This document shows, in pieces, positions 22,124-31,206 of a stretch of 62,884 bases of DNA. Source of the DNA: Alphaproteobacteria bacterium. Its GTDB lineage: Bacteria; Pseudomonadota; Alphaproteobacteria; Caulobacterales; Caulobacteraceae. The notes under the pieces are model-generated. The model did not search any database, was not told the origin of the DNA, and saw only the letters and a list, made by a program, of their open reading frames with translations. The stretch is taken from the NCBI GenBank assembly GCA_031415215.1, contig JANORH010000251.1, positions 1-62,884 on the forward strand, read 5' to 3'. The position numbers and the translations under genes were made by a program. Numbering within the stretch: position 1 is the first letter of the stretch; each line of letters opens with the position of its first letter.

Positions 22124-23530
22124 ATGGATGGATCAACACCAGGATATCGGCCTGATCGCCACCCGTCGGAGTCGTATGACGACATCCTCAACAGAGATAC
22201 GCGGGTGGTTCCGGACTTCCTGCGCCAGGGTCCCGAGCCTGATCTCGGACTGGAAGCCGTGCCCGTCTCCCGGTACTTCGACCCGGCTTTCTTCCAGAAA
22301 GAAGTCGATCACGTCTGGTCGAAGATCTGGCAGATGGCTTGCCGAGAGGAGGATATTCCCAACTCTGGCGACTATCATATCTACGAGATCGTCGGAAAAT
22401 CCTTCATCGTCACCCGCACAGCGACGGGTGAAATCCGCGCCTATTACAATGCGTGCCTGCATCGTGGCCGCAAGTTGGTGACCCTCAACGGCTGCAAGGA
22501 TGAGTTCCGCTGCCCCTATCACGGCATGACCTGGAACACCGACGGCACGTTCAAGGAGAACCCCATCGGCTGGGACTTCCCGCAGTGGGAGGGCCGCGAC
22601 ATGGGGCTGCCTCAGGCCAAGGTCGATACCTGGGGTGGCTTTGTTTTCATCAATATGGATTTGAATGCCCCGGCGCTGATGGACCAGATCGCGCCGATGG
22701 CCGAGCACTTCAAGGGCTATGACTACGCCAACCGCTACAAGTCGATGCACGTTTCCAAGGTCGTGCGCTGCAATTGGAAGGCGTTGGCGGAAGCCTTCAT
22801 GGAGAGCCACCACTCCGTCACCACCCACCCGCAGATTTTGCCATTCCTGGCCGACGCCAACAGCCAATACGATGTGCTGAACGATTATGTCAGCCGCCAG
22901 TTCTCCGCGTCCGGCGTGCCCAGCCCGTTTGTCGCTGACGAGAACTACACGCCGACCGAGATTATCCAGGCCATGAGTGGCACGAGCGGTGCTCGGCGCG
23001 GATTCGGCGATGAGGCGGAGAAACTTGTGCCTGACGGCATGAGCGCCCGGGCCTTCGCGGCCGAGCAGGCCCGCACGATGCTCGGCGCTGAAGACGGTTG
23101 GGACTACTCGGAATGCTCGGACGCTGAAATGGGCGACCCGATGCTCTACAACATCTGGCCGAACATGAGTTTCTGGGGCGGATACGCCCCCAATCTGGTC
23201 TATCGCTGGCGCCCCAACGGACGCGATCCCGACAGCGGGATCATGGACGTCATCATGCTCAAGCGCGTCCCCAAGGAAGGACCACGGCCAAAGCCCGCAC
23301 CAGTGCGGGAACTGGGGGTCGATGATCCCTGGAGCGACGCGGTCGAAATGGGTGGCCTGGCCGGAATTTTCGAGCAGGACATGGGCAATCTGCCCTACGT
23401 GCAGGAGGGCCTGCACTCCTCCGGCAATGGCGAGGTCCACTTCGGGCGCTATAGCGAGATGCGCATCCGGCAGCTGCACATCATGATTGACCGCTACATC
23501 GCTGCAGGCGAAGCGGCCGACGGCAAATAG
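22124..23530 (+). CDS. Rieske non-heme iron oxygenase alpha subunit (1)
   Basis: CLHRG...CPYHG Rieske motif; CNWK..EAFMESHH..THP; EQD. Confidence 0.92.
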   Translation: MDGSTPGYRPDRHPSESYDDILNRDTRVVPDFLRQGPEPDLGLEAVPVSRYFDPAFFQKEVDHVWSKIWQMACREEDIPNSGDYHIYEIVGKSFIVTRTATGEIRAYYNACLHRGRKLVTLNGCKDEFRCPYHGMTWNTDGTFKENPIGWDFPQWEGRDMGLPQAKVDTWGGFVFINMDLNAPALMDQIAPMAEHFKGYDYANRYKSMHVSKVVRCNWKALAEAFMESHHSVTTHPQILPFLADANSQYDVLNDYVSRQFSASGVPSPFVADENYTPTEIIQAMSGTSGARRGFGDEAEKLVPDGMSARAFAAEQARTMLGAEDGWDYSECSDAEMGDPMLYNIWPNMSFWGGYAPNLVYRWRPNGRDPDSGIMDVIMLKRVPKEGPRPKPAPVRELGVDDPWSDAVEMGGLAGIFEQDMGNLPYVQEGLHSSGNGEVHFGRYSEMRIRQLHIMIDRYIAAGEAADGK

Positions 23531-23533
23531 ACC

Positions 23534-24325
23534 CTATCTGGCCGCCATGGCGGCCATGACAGAGGCCGTTATCTCATCTCCCGTCGGGTTGCGACGGAGG
23601 GTGAGCCCGCCGTTCACCTGCAGGTTCTGACCGGTCATGAAGCACTCGTCGCTGGCCAGCCACACGGCGGCGGCGGCGATATCTTCGGACGTCCCGATCC
23701 GACCCAGGGGATAGGCGCTGGCGAAGGCTGCAAACACGCCCGGAGTCTGCTTGGCACCAGCCGTCATGGGCGTGTCGGTCAGACCCGGCGAGATCGAATT
23801 GGCGCGAATTCCCCGGGCGCCGAACTCGTTGGCGACGCAACGCACCACATGATCTGTGCCCGCTTTGGTGCCCATGTAGGCGGCGTGGTCGTTGAGCATG
23901 ATCGTGGCGGTGGCCGAGCTGATCTGGATCAACGAACCGCCCTGATCCATGACCCCGATCATCGCCTGCAGGAAGAATATCGGGCCGACGAACTGCAGAT
24001 CGCTGATCGTCTTGAGTTCCTCCTCCGAGTTTTCGAGGAACGGCTTCAGCAGGCCCCAGCCTGTCGCGTTCACGCCGATCTGCACGTCGCCCAGCTTTGA
24101 CTTCGCTATCTCTGCCAGGGCGAACACGTCGTCGCGCCGGGTGATGTCGCACTGCGCCCAGTGCCCCCCGATCTCGCCGGCGAACCGCGAAAGTTCGTCT
24201 TCCTTGCGACCGGCCACCAGAACCCTGGCACCTTCCGCTGCGAGGCGGCGCGCAATCACCTGACCCATGTTGTCGCGGCCTGCTGCACCCAGAACCACGG
24301 CGCCCTTGCCCTCAAGTCGACCCAT
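23534..24325 (-). CDS. SDR family oxidoreductase
   Basis: GAAGRDNMG, YMGTK, IRANSISPG, FMTGQNLQVNGG. Confidence 0.88.
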   Translation of the reverse strand: MGRLEGKGAVVLGAAGRDNMGQVIARRLAAEGARVLVAGRKEDELSRFAGEIGGHWAQCDITRRDDVFALAEIAKSKLGDVQIGVNATGWGLLKPFLENSEEELKTISDLQFVGPIFFLQAMIGVMDQGGSLIQISSATATIMLNDHAAYMGTKAGTDHVVRCVANEFGARGIRANSISPGLTDTPMTAGAKQTPGVFAAFASAYPLGRIGTSEDIAAAAVWLASDECFMTGQNLQVNGGLTLRRNPTGDEITASVMAAMAAR

Positions 24326-24340
24326 CTTCTCGCTCCTGAT

Positions 24341-25108
24341 TTACATGCCCGGGTGGCCGGCCATCATGCCGCCGTCCACCAGAAATTCTCCGCCGGTGAC
24401 ATAGCTCGCTTCGTCCGACGCCAGGAACACGGCCATGGCAGCAATCTCCTCGGGCCTACCCATCCGGCCCATCGGCGACATAGCGTGAAATACCGGCAGA
24501 AGTTGTGGCGCGGCGGCCAGCGCCGGTGCCAGGATCGGCGTATCCGTGGCACCGGGATGCAGGGAATTGCAACGGATGTTGTATCCGGACCGGGCACAGT
24601 GGGCCGCAACAGCCTTGGTCAGCATCCGTACGCCGCTTTTGGTCGCAGAATAAGCCGCGTCGCTGGGGATGGCTGCGTAGGCCGCGGTCGACGCGATGTT
24701 GATCAGCGACCCACCGGATCCGCCCGGATTTCGCCGCATGGTCGAAATGCCATGTCGGCAGCCCAACATCACGCCCGTCAGGTTGACGTCGATCACCCGG
24801 TTCCAGGTCACCAGGTCAACATCCTCGATCGACTGTCCGCTGACGATGCCGGCGTTGTTGACCACCACATCCAGGCGACCGAACCGCTTCAACACCAGCG
24901 CCATCAGCCGTGTCCAGGCCTCGTCATCGGCGACGTCGAACTGATGAAACAGCGCGCCTGTCTCCTCAGCGACCTCAGCCCCGAGCTTCGACTGAACATC
25001 AGCGATAACAACCGACGCGCCCTCGGCAACAAAACGCCTCGCCGTCGCCGCGCCGATCCCCGACGCGCCGCCCGTGACAACCGTCGCCAAGCCCCGCAAC
25101 CGATCCAT
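24341..25108 (-). CDS. SDR family oxidoreductase (hydroxysteroid/cyclopentanol dehydrogenase-like)
   Basis: TGGASGIG, VNNAG, YSATK, IRCNSLHPG, VDGG. Confidence 0.9.
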   Translation of the reverse strand: MDRLRGLATVVTGGASGIGAATARRFVAEGASVVIADVQSKLGAEVAEETGALFHQFDVADDEAWTRLMALVLKRFGRLDVVVNNAGIVSGQSIEDVDLVTWNRVIDVNLTGVMLGCRHGISTMRRNPGGSGGSLINIASTAAYAAIPSDAAYSATKSGVRMLTKAVAAHCARSGYNIRCNSLHPGATDTPILAPALAAAPQLLPVFHAMSPMGRMGRPEEIAAMAVFLASDEASYVTGGEFLVDGGMMAGHPGM

Positions 25109-25281
25109 GCGATACTTTAGATCGGCTCGAAAAGTATCGGCAAGGCTTAGTTCGACACATGCGATTGTTTTCGGCACCTCTGCTGGAAATTGATTGATTG
25201 CAGCTCGCGAGCGTGCCTAAATCCAGGCTCGGTGCAGTCCCGCAGAACGGGATGCGCCAACAACAATTGCAGGGCGGAACG

Positions 25282-26706
25282 ATGACGATCCAGGTCAAGA
25301 TCGAAGAAGCGACGAATCCATTCCTCAGCGGCAACTATGCGCCGGTGACGGAAGAGCACGTGACGTCATGTGTTGAGATCGAAGGCGAAATTCCGAAGGA
25401 TCTGAACGGAAACTTTCTGCGGATTGGCCCCAATCCCGTGTTCGTGGCTGACGTTTCGACCTATCACATATTCGACGGTGACGGGATGATCCACGCCGTT
25501 CAGTTCGAGGACGGCAAGGCCACCTATCGCAACCGGTTCGTCGACACCGAAGGTCTGCGCCTCGAACGCGCCAAGGGCACCTGGATCTGGAAAGGCATGT
25601 CCAGCATGACCGACCTGGTAAAGGGCGTGCCACCGCCGGAAGAGGGGATGTTCAAGAACACCGCCAACACCGCGATGGTCTATCACAACAACACCCTGTT
25701 CGCGCTGATGGAGAGCGCCCCGCCGCACGCGATCCAGTTGCCCGATCTCACCACCGTGGGCGAGCACACGTTTGGTGGCAAACTGACCCACCCCTTTACC
25801 GCGCACCCGAAAGTCGACGCGGTGACCGGCGAGATGATGACCTTCGGCTATTCGCCTTTCCCGCCCTACCTCACCTACAGCGTGGTCGACCCCAAGGGCG
25901 AGATCATTCACACCGCACCCATCACTATGCCCAAGGGTGTGATGATGCACGATTGCGCGATCACCGAGCACCACACGGTATTCCTGGACATGCCGATCAC
26001 TTTCGACCTTGGCCGCGGCATGGCCGGAGGGCTGATGCTGGATTGGGAGCCGGAGAACGGCTCGCGCCTGGGTGTCATGCCGCGCTTCGGTCGGGACGAG
26101 GACGTCAAGTGGTTCAACGTCGCACTGTCGATGGTCTTCCACGTGTCGAACGCCTGGGAAGAGGGCGACGAAATCGTCGTGCAGGGCAGCCGCTCGATGC
26201 ACACCGACATCTCACGCGCAACCGAGAACGCGAGCAGCAAGGAAGCTGACACCGACCAGCTGGGCCAGCTCTACGAGTGGCGGCTCAATATGGTGACGGG
26301 CACGGTCAAGGAAGGCTATCTGGACACGCAGCACTACTGCGACTTCACCCGGATCAACGACGATCTATGTGGTCGCAAGACCCGCTTCACCTATGCCGCC
26401 CGCTTTGATCCCGCGCAGGGCGCATTGTTTGACGCGGCCTTGAAGTATGACGGGTCGACCGGCAAGATTCAGGTGCATGCGCTGGGAGAAGGTCGCTTTG
26501 GCGGCGAGGGCGTTTTCGCAAAGCGGGACGGGGCCGCTTCAGAGGACGATGGCTATGTCATCGCCTTCGTATGGGACGAAAAGCTCGGCCAAAGCGAGTG
26601 TCTGATCATCGACGCCAAAAATTTTGAGGGTGCGCCGGTGGCGAAGATCCGCATCCCGCACCGGGTTCCCTTCGGCTTCCATGCCGGGTGGGTCCCGACA
26701 GCCTGA
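25282..26706 (+). CDS. Carotenoid cleavage oxygenase family dioxygenase (copy 2)
   Basis: NPFLSGNYAPV, FDGDGMIH, NTANT, four His (TAHPK, MMHD, FHVSN, PFGFH). Confidence 0.93.
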   Translation: MTIQVKIEEATNPFLSGNYAPVTEEHVTSCVEIEGEIPKDLNGNFLRIGPNPVFVADVSTYHIFDGDGMIHAVQFEDGKATYRNRFVDTEGLRLERAKGTWIWKGMSSMTDLVKGVPPPEEGMFKNTANTAMVYHNNTLFALMESAPPHAIQLPDLTTVGEHTFGGKLTHPFTAHPKVDAVTGEMMTFGYSPFPPYLTYSVVDPKGEIIHTAPITMPKGVMMHDCAITEHHTVFLDMPITFDLGRGMAGGLMLDWEPENGSRLGVMPRFGRDEDVKWFNVALSMVFHVSNAWEEGDEIVVQGSRSMHTDISRATENASSKEADTDQLGQLYEWRLNMVTGTVKEGYLDTQHYCDFTRINDDLCGRKTRFTYAARFDPAQGALFDAALKYDGSTGKIQVHALGEGRFGGEGVFAKRDGAASEDDGYVIAFVWDEKLGQSECLIIDAKNFEGAPVAKIRIPHRVPFGFHAGWVPTA

Positions 26707-26717
26707 CCGACGAAACC

Positions 26718-26744
26718 CCCGAGGCCGGCGCGGCCGGCCTCGGG
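26718..26744. terminator. GC-rich hairpin between convergent genes (probable terminator)
   Basis: CCCGAGGCCGGC-GCG-GCCGGCCTCGGG perfect 12-bp stem between the CCO2 and NmrA2 stops. Confidence 0.7.
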
Positions 26745-26754
26745 ATCCGCGCTT

Positions 26755-27684
26755 TCAGCCTGCTGGGGGCCGAGGCTTGTTGCTCAGGCGCCAGTCCTGG
26801 CGCTTGGCCCATGTCGCCATGGTCTCCAGCTCGATGGGAATCCGCTCCAGAACCGGCCCCATATCCACCCTGAACGGCTTCAGCGGCGACTTGTTGTTGT
26901 ACTCGTAGAAGGCACCGATCGAGGGGGCCAGGATCGCACGCTCCTCATCGCCCATGTCTTCAAAGGCGTTGGCCAGGTGCCTGCCAAATTCGGCGGGTGT
27001 GCTCGGATCGTACTTGATCGGCCGGCCCACAGCGTCCGACAGATGCTTTGCTACCGTCTGCGGCTTCAGAATCTCAGGGCCGCCGATATTCATCCAGGCC
27101 CCTTCGAGATCTGGACGATCAATCGCCGCGATCATGAACTTGGCTACATCGTCCAGACTGATCCAGCTGCACTCCAGATCCGGGTGATGTGGATAGACGT
27201 ATCGTCCCTCGCTGACGATGAAGGGAAACGCCCAGTTGGTCAGCAGATTATCCATGAACAACACCGATCCAAACACCGTGGCCGGTACGCCCGTCCGCCA
27301 GAGAGCGTTGATCCCCTTCGTGTTCTCACCATAGGAAAAGGGGTCGCCCGCCTTGTCCGGGATCCATCCTGATGTATTCCAGACCACGCGCTTCAGATTG
27401 GCCCTCTTGCCCGCGCGACCAATCGTGGTGACGGCCTGCACCCGATCAACGCGGGCGCGAAGGGGATGGGTATAGAACGCCGCATCTGCGCCCTCCATCG
27501 CCGCAAACACTGAGTCTTCGTCATAGATGTCCGCAGGTCGTACCTCGACATTTGCAAACGTCTCGCCGTAGAACGGATCCGCACTTCGCGAGATGGCGCG
27601 CACATCATGGCCCGCCGCCTTTAACTGGCGCACCTGCGCCAGCCCCTGGCGGCCACTCGCGCCAAAAACTGCAACCAACGCCAT
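26755..27684 (-). CDS. NmrA family NAD(P)-binding protein (copy 2, close paralog of 9810-10742)
   Basis: VFGASGRQG; long identical blocks with copy 1 (FGSVLFMDNLLTNWAFP, LECSWISLDDVAKFMIAAIDRPDLEGAW, NKPRPPAG*). Confidence 0.9.
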   Translation of the reverse strand: MALVAVFGASGRQGLAQVRQLKAAGHDVRAISRSADPFYGETFANVEVRPADIYDEDSVFAAMEGADAAFYTHPLRARVDRVQAVTTIGRAGKRANLKRVVWNTSGWIPDKAGDPFSYGENTKGINALWRTGVPATVFGSVLFMDNLLTNWAFPFIVSEGRYVYPHHPDLECSWISLDDVAKFMIAAIDRPDLEGAWMNIGGPEILKPQTVAKHLSDAVGRPIKYDPSTPAEFGRHLANAFEDMGDEERAILAPSIGAFYEYNNKSPLKPFRVDMGPVLERIPIELETMATWAKRQDWRLSNKPRPPAG

Positions 27685-27882
27685 GCATGCTCTCCTTCAA
27701 AGCTCTGTAGATCTGCGTCTGGCCGGCGAGCAAAGGCGTCGCCTGAAAATCCGCGCAACAACACTCATCTCGGCCCATTTTCAGCGCAATTGCTGTTTTC
27801 TCGTCCGCCAAACTGACTGACCGCGCCGCGCGCGTCTCCTAGCAGTTCCGAGAGTATTCAGGGCGGGTACCGGGCGGCCCGT

Positions 27883-27999
27883 CTGGAGCAGGACAGCTTG
27901 AAGCGGATCCCGGTCCAAGCGCCCGTCGTGCTCTAAACATATGAGAACAAGCCTTTCTATCCAGATCAGATGGTTCCATCTGATCTGGAACGGCTCTAA
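27883..27999 (+). repeat. 117-bp double-hairpin intergenic repeat, copy 2
   Basis: Shares CAAGCGCCCGTCGTGCTCTAAACATATGAGAAC with copy 1; hairpin TCCAGATCAGATG-GTTC-CATCTGATCTGGA; overlaps the TAG stop of the 27996-29042 gene. Confidence 0.85.
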
Positions 28000-29042
28000 T
28001 CGGTTGGATCGTCCGCGATCCGCACGACGGTCTTGCCAAGGTTCCGGCCGGACAACATGTCGATCATGGCACGGCCGGCGTTTTCGATCCCATCCACGAC
28101 ATATTCGGCGGGCTTCAGTCGTCCATCGCGGATCATCCCGCCGACCTCGTCCAGGAACCTGGGGCGGAGATCCCAGTAGTCGGCAACCATCAGCCCCTTC
28201 ATCACCACCCGCTTCAGCGCAATCGTCCGCAGCAGATGCGCCGCCTGGTCCGGCCCCGGCGGCGGCACATCATCATTGTAGCCGGCAACCAGACCGCAGA
28301 CGATCACGCGACCATAGGGCTTCATGTTGTTGAACGCAGCCCAGAACACGTCGCCGCCAGCGTTCTCGAAGTTCACATCGATGCCCTGGGGACAGGCCGC
28401 CGCCACCAATCCGGCGAAGTCCGGCTGGGTTCGATCCAGACAGGCGTCGTATCCGAGCTCCTCGATCGCAAACCGGCACTTCTCCGCCGAGCTGCTGACG
28501 CCGACAACGCGGCAACCTTTGAGGCGGGCCAGCTGACCGGCAACCGCGCCGACGCCACCCAGAGCGGCCGAAATAAATACGGTCTGCCCGGCCTCGGCCT
28601 CGGCCAGTTTGGTCATTCCGGCGTAGGCCGTGAGTCCCGGCATGCCCAACGCCCCAAGGTGGGTCTGCAACGACCCCACATCCGCGTCGACCTTGCGAAG
28701 CATTTCGCCTGGCAGGGCGCAGTAGTCCTGCCAACCCCCGAAACCCGCGACGAACTCGCCTTCCTTGAATCCAGGGTGCCGCGACTGCACCACTTCCAGG
28801 ATCGCCTCGCCCGGTATGGGTGCGCCCAGCTGTGTCGTCGGCGCATACCCCACCGACATGCTCGGACTGATGTGAACGCGAATGTAGGGGTCCACCGTCA
28901 GATAGAGCGCACGGCACAGCACCTGACCCTCCGCCAAGTCGGGCAAGGCGGTCGTGACCAGCTCAAAGTCGCTCTCCCGGGGCATACCGTCCGGATATCG
29001 ACGCAGCGTCATCTGGCGGTTGACGGCGTTCATCGTCCCCAT
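27996..29042 (-). CDS. NADP-dependent oxidoreductase (MDR/CurA-like)
   Basis: LTVDPYIR, GMPGLTAY, ISAALGGVG, FENAGG, GRNLGK. Confidence 0.9.
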   Translation of the reverse strand: MGTMNAVNRQMTLRRYPDGMPRESDFELVTTALPDLAEGQVLCRALYLTVDPYIRVHISPSMSVGYAPTTQLGAPIPGEAILEVVQSRHPGFKEGEFVAGFGGWQDYCALPGEMLRKVDADVGSLQTHLGALGMPGLTAYAGMTKLAEAEAGQTVFISAALGGVGAVAGQLARLKGCRVVGVSSSAEKCRFAIEELGYDACLDRTQPDFAGLVAAACPQGIDVNFENAGGDVFWAAFNNMKPYGRVIVCGLVAGYNDDVPPPGPDQAAHLLRTIALKRVVMKGLMVADYWDLRPRFLDEVGGMIRDGRLKPAEYVVDGIENAGRAMIDMLSGRNLGKTVVRIADDPTD

Positions 29043-29102
29043 CCCTTCTATAGTCGTCCGGTGATCGTTCGCGCCCGATCTGCCTCGCTGCGGGTCGGAG
29101 GG

Positions 29103-29537
29103 CTAGTCGGAGAGCCTTACAGTCGCCGTCCCGACCAGCGGCCGGTCACCTGGCTCACGCTCCAGCCAGATGTCGCAGTCGGCAAACCTCGCGCCGTCCA
29201 CCAGGCGGACAGCCGTCACCGCACCGCGCGCTGTGATCCTGTCGCCGTCCAGCACAACCTTCGGGAAGGTCATCACGAGCCGGGTCACGCAGCCCTGCCC
29301 GGCCCAGGCATGCAGCATGTTGACCATGTAGCTGAGCCCCAGCGGACCCTGGTTGATCGTGCGTTGGCCAAACCCCATAGCATCGCAGGCATTGCGGTCC
29401 CAGTGAACCGGGTTCGGATCGCGCAGGATCGCCGCCATGGTCCGCATGCGTTCGATTCGCACGCTCTCCATCAGCCACTCAGGAATGAGATCGCCCGCCT
29501 GAACCTTCATGACGACAGCCCCCGGCGATAGATCCAT
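29103..29537 (-). CDS. MaoC family (hotdog) dehydratase
   Basis: DPNPVHWD hydratase motif, TINQGPL, F..V..GD. Confidence 0.85.
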   Translation of the reverse strand: MDLSPGAVVMKVQAGDLIPEWLMESVRIERMRTMAAILRDPNPVHWDRNACDAMGFGQRTINQGPLGLSYMVNMLHAWAGQGCVTRLVMTFPKVVLDGDRITARGAVTAVRLVDGARFADCDIWLEREPGDRPLVGTATVRLSD

Positions 29538-29971
29538 GTGATCGTGGAACGCGCCGCCAGAACGCCGTCGGCCTGCGCCACCTCGAATTGAAACTGAATG
29601 CGATCATAAGGTTTATCGTCTGGCCACTTGCGCCGTTCGGCGGACACCACCTTGCCGCTGATGGCATAAGGAACGTCTTCGCGCAGCGGCCAGAACATTT
29701 CCCAGTCATAGCTTTCGATGCCGATTGAGAAGTCCGACTCGGCCTGACCAAGCGCGAACATCTCGGCGATGGACGCGCCACATCCCAGGATCGGCATGTG
29801 AAAAAGCACTACGGGGTGGACCATGCCGTCAGCCAGAAGGTCCGCGCCGGTGCATTCGGTCAGCAGGAAATTCTCCCAGTGGGCCACGGTATAGATGCCG
29901 CCAGGAAACTGATGCCCGACGATGGCGCGGATTTCCGCTTCGGGAGGTATTGGCCGGGGTTCTGGCATCAT
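29507..29971 (-). CDS. MaoC-N/hotdog-fold partner subunit (putative)
   Basis: IVGHQFPGG, HPV, WEMFWPLRED..Y..SG.V; overlaps the MaoC gene; no catalytic DxxxxH. Confidence 0.6.
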   Translation of the reverse strand: MMPEPRPIPPEAEIRAIVGHQFPGGIYTVAHWENFLLTECTGADLLADGMVHPVVLFHMPILGCGASIAEMFALGQAESDFSIGIESYDWEMFWPLREDVPYAISGKVVSAERRKWPDDKPYDRIQFQFEVAQADGVLAARSTITWIYRRGLSS

Positions 29972-30284
29972 CTTGCCTCTGCAGAGCTCTCGTCACGCGA
30001 GACCGGTCGCTGTTATCCCGAGCCCGCGCGTGACTGTCAAAACCAAAATGTGTTCCGGGTTCTGGATTGGCGAAATTCACGTTCGGGTCTTTGGAATTGC
30101 TCCGATCGGCAAGGTCATTGCGCGCCGACCAAGAGCGTTGCGTTCGTCCTGTCGCGGCTCAGCGCCGCGTCGAAGCAGGGGATCATCACCAGGCCTTCAT
30201 TCACGCAAATTCGACCGACCGCCTTTCGATCCTCCGATTTCACAGGTAAGACCGCTGGCGCGCCAAACTGCGCGGCGGGAGGAA

Positions 30285-31049
30285 ATGATGGGTCGAGTTC
30301 AAGGCAAAGTCGTGATTGTAACCGGTGCCGCGTCAAACCCCGGACTTGGGTACACCGCAGCCGTCAGCCTGGCCCGCGAGGGCGCGAAGGTCGTTGTGAC
30401 GGATGTCGACGCCGCCGGCGCTGAACGCTGCGCCGAGGAAATTCGAGCAGCTGGTGGCGAGGCGATTTCACTGGCCCAGGACGTGACCAGTGAAGACGTC
30501 TGGAAGCACGTCATGGCCACTACCATCGAAACCTACGGGCGTCTCGATGTCCTTGTAAACAACGCGGGAATTGCCGTCCTCAAGCCGTTGGATCAGCTGT
30601 CGCTGGGGGACTTCAACCGGCAGATTTCAGTCAACCTGACCAGCGTGTTCCTGGGCTGCAAATATGCGACTGCGGAGATGCGCAAAACGGGTGGGGGGTC
30701 GCTGATAAACCTCTCGTCCGTGGCCGGGCTGGTCGGCATCTCTACCTGCGTGGCCTATGGTGCCTCGAAAGGCGGCGTGCGGCTGATGTCCAAATCCCTG
30801 GCCGTGGAACTGGGCAAGTACGGCATCCGCAGCAACTCCGTCCATCCCGGCGTGATCTGGACCAACATGCAGTCCGGCGCCGGAAACGGTACGCGGGAGA
30901 ACGCCGACACCCTGGCGGCAGGTATTCCGCTGGGTCGGGTGGGCGAGCCCAGGGACATCGCCAATTGCATCCTCTACCTGGCGTCCGATGAGTCCGACTA
31001 CATCACAGGTGCGGAGTTCACCGTCGACGCCGGCATGACCGCCGCATAG
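30285..31049 (+). CDS. SDR family oxidoreductase (3alpha,20beta-HSD-like)
   Basis: GRVQGKV..TGAAS..GLG, VNNAG, YGASK, NSVHPG; GGAGG RBS. Confidence 0.92.
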   Translation: MMGRVQGKVVIVTGAASNPGLGYTAAVSLAREGAKVVVTDVDAAGAERCAEEIRAAGGEAISLAQDVTSEDVWKHVMATTIETYGRLDVLVNNAGIAVLKPLDQLSLGDFNRQISVNLTSVFLGCKYATAEMRKTGGGSLINLSSVAGLVGISTCVAYGASKGGVRLMSKSLAVELGKYGIRSNSVHPGVIWTNMQSGAGNGTRENADTLAAGIPLGRVGEPRDIANCILYLASDESDYITGAEFTVDAGMTAA

Positions 31050-31206
31050 CGGGTCGACGCTGTACCTCGGAAATATGGATCACGGTGTGGTATTGCGGGT
31101 TTGCTGCATGCGCGGCAATGTCCGGTCGTGATGCTCAGCCCGACGCTCATCGAAGGTGGTGAGCGCCGGACGCGACAGGGATCGCGGTGAACACAGGGAG
31201 TCGGTC

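Noticed and set aside
15090-27999. Repeats considered as a CRISPR array or IS ends
   Set aside because: Only two dispersed copies, with no spacers, cas genes or transposase
28236-29531. 431-aa plus-strand ORF (likewise 22133-23479, 47934-49313, 9705-10859 and 33-1178)
   Set aside because: Shadow ORFs opposite genes with clear family motifs
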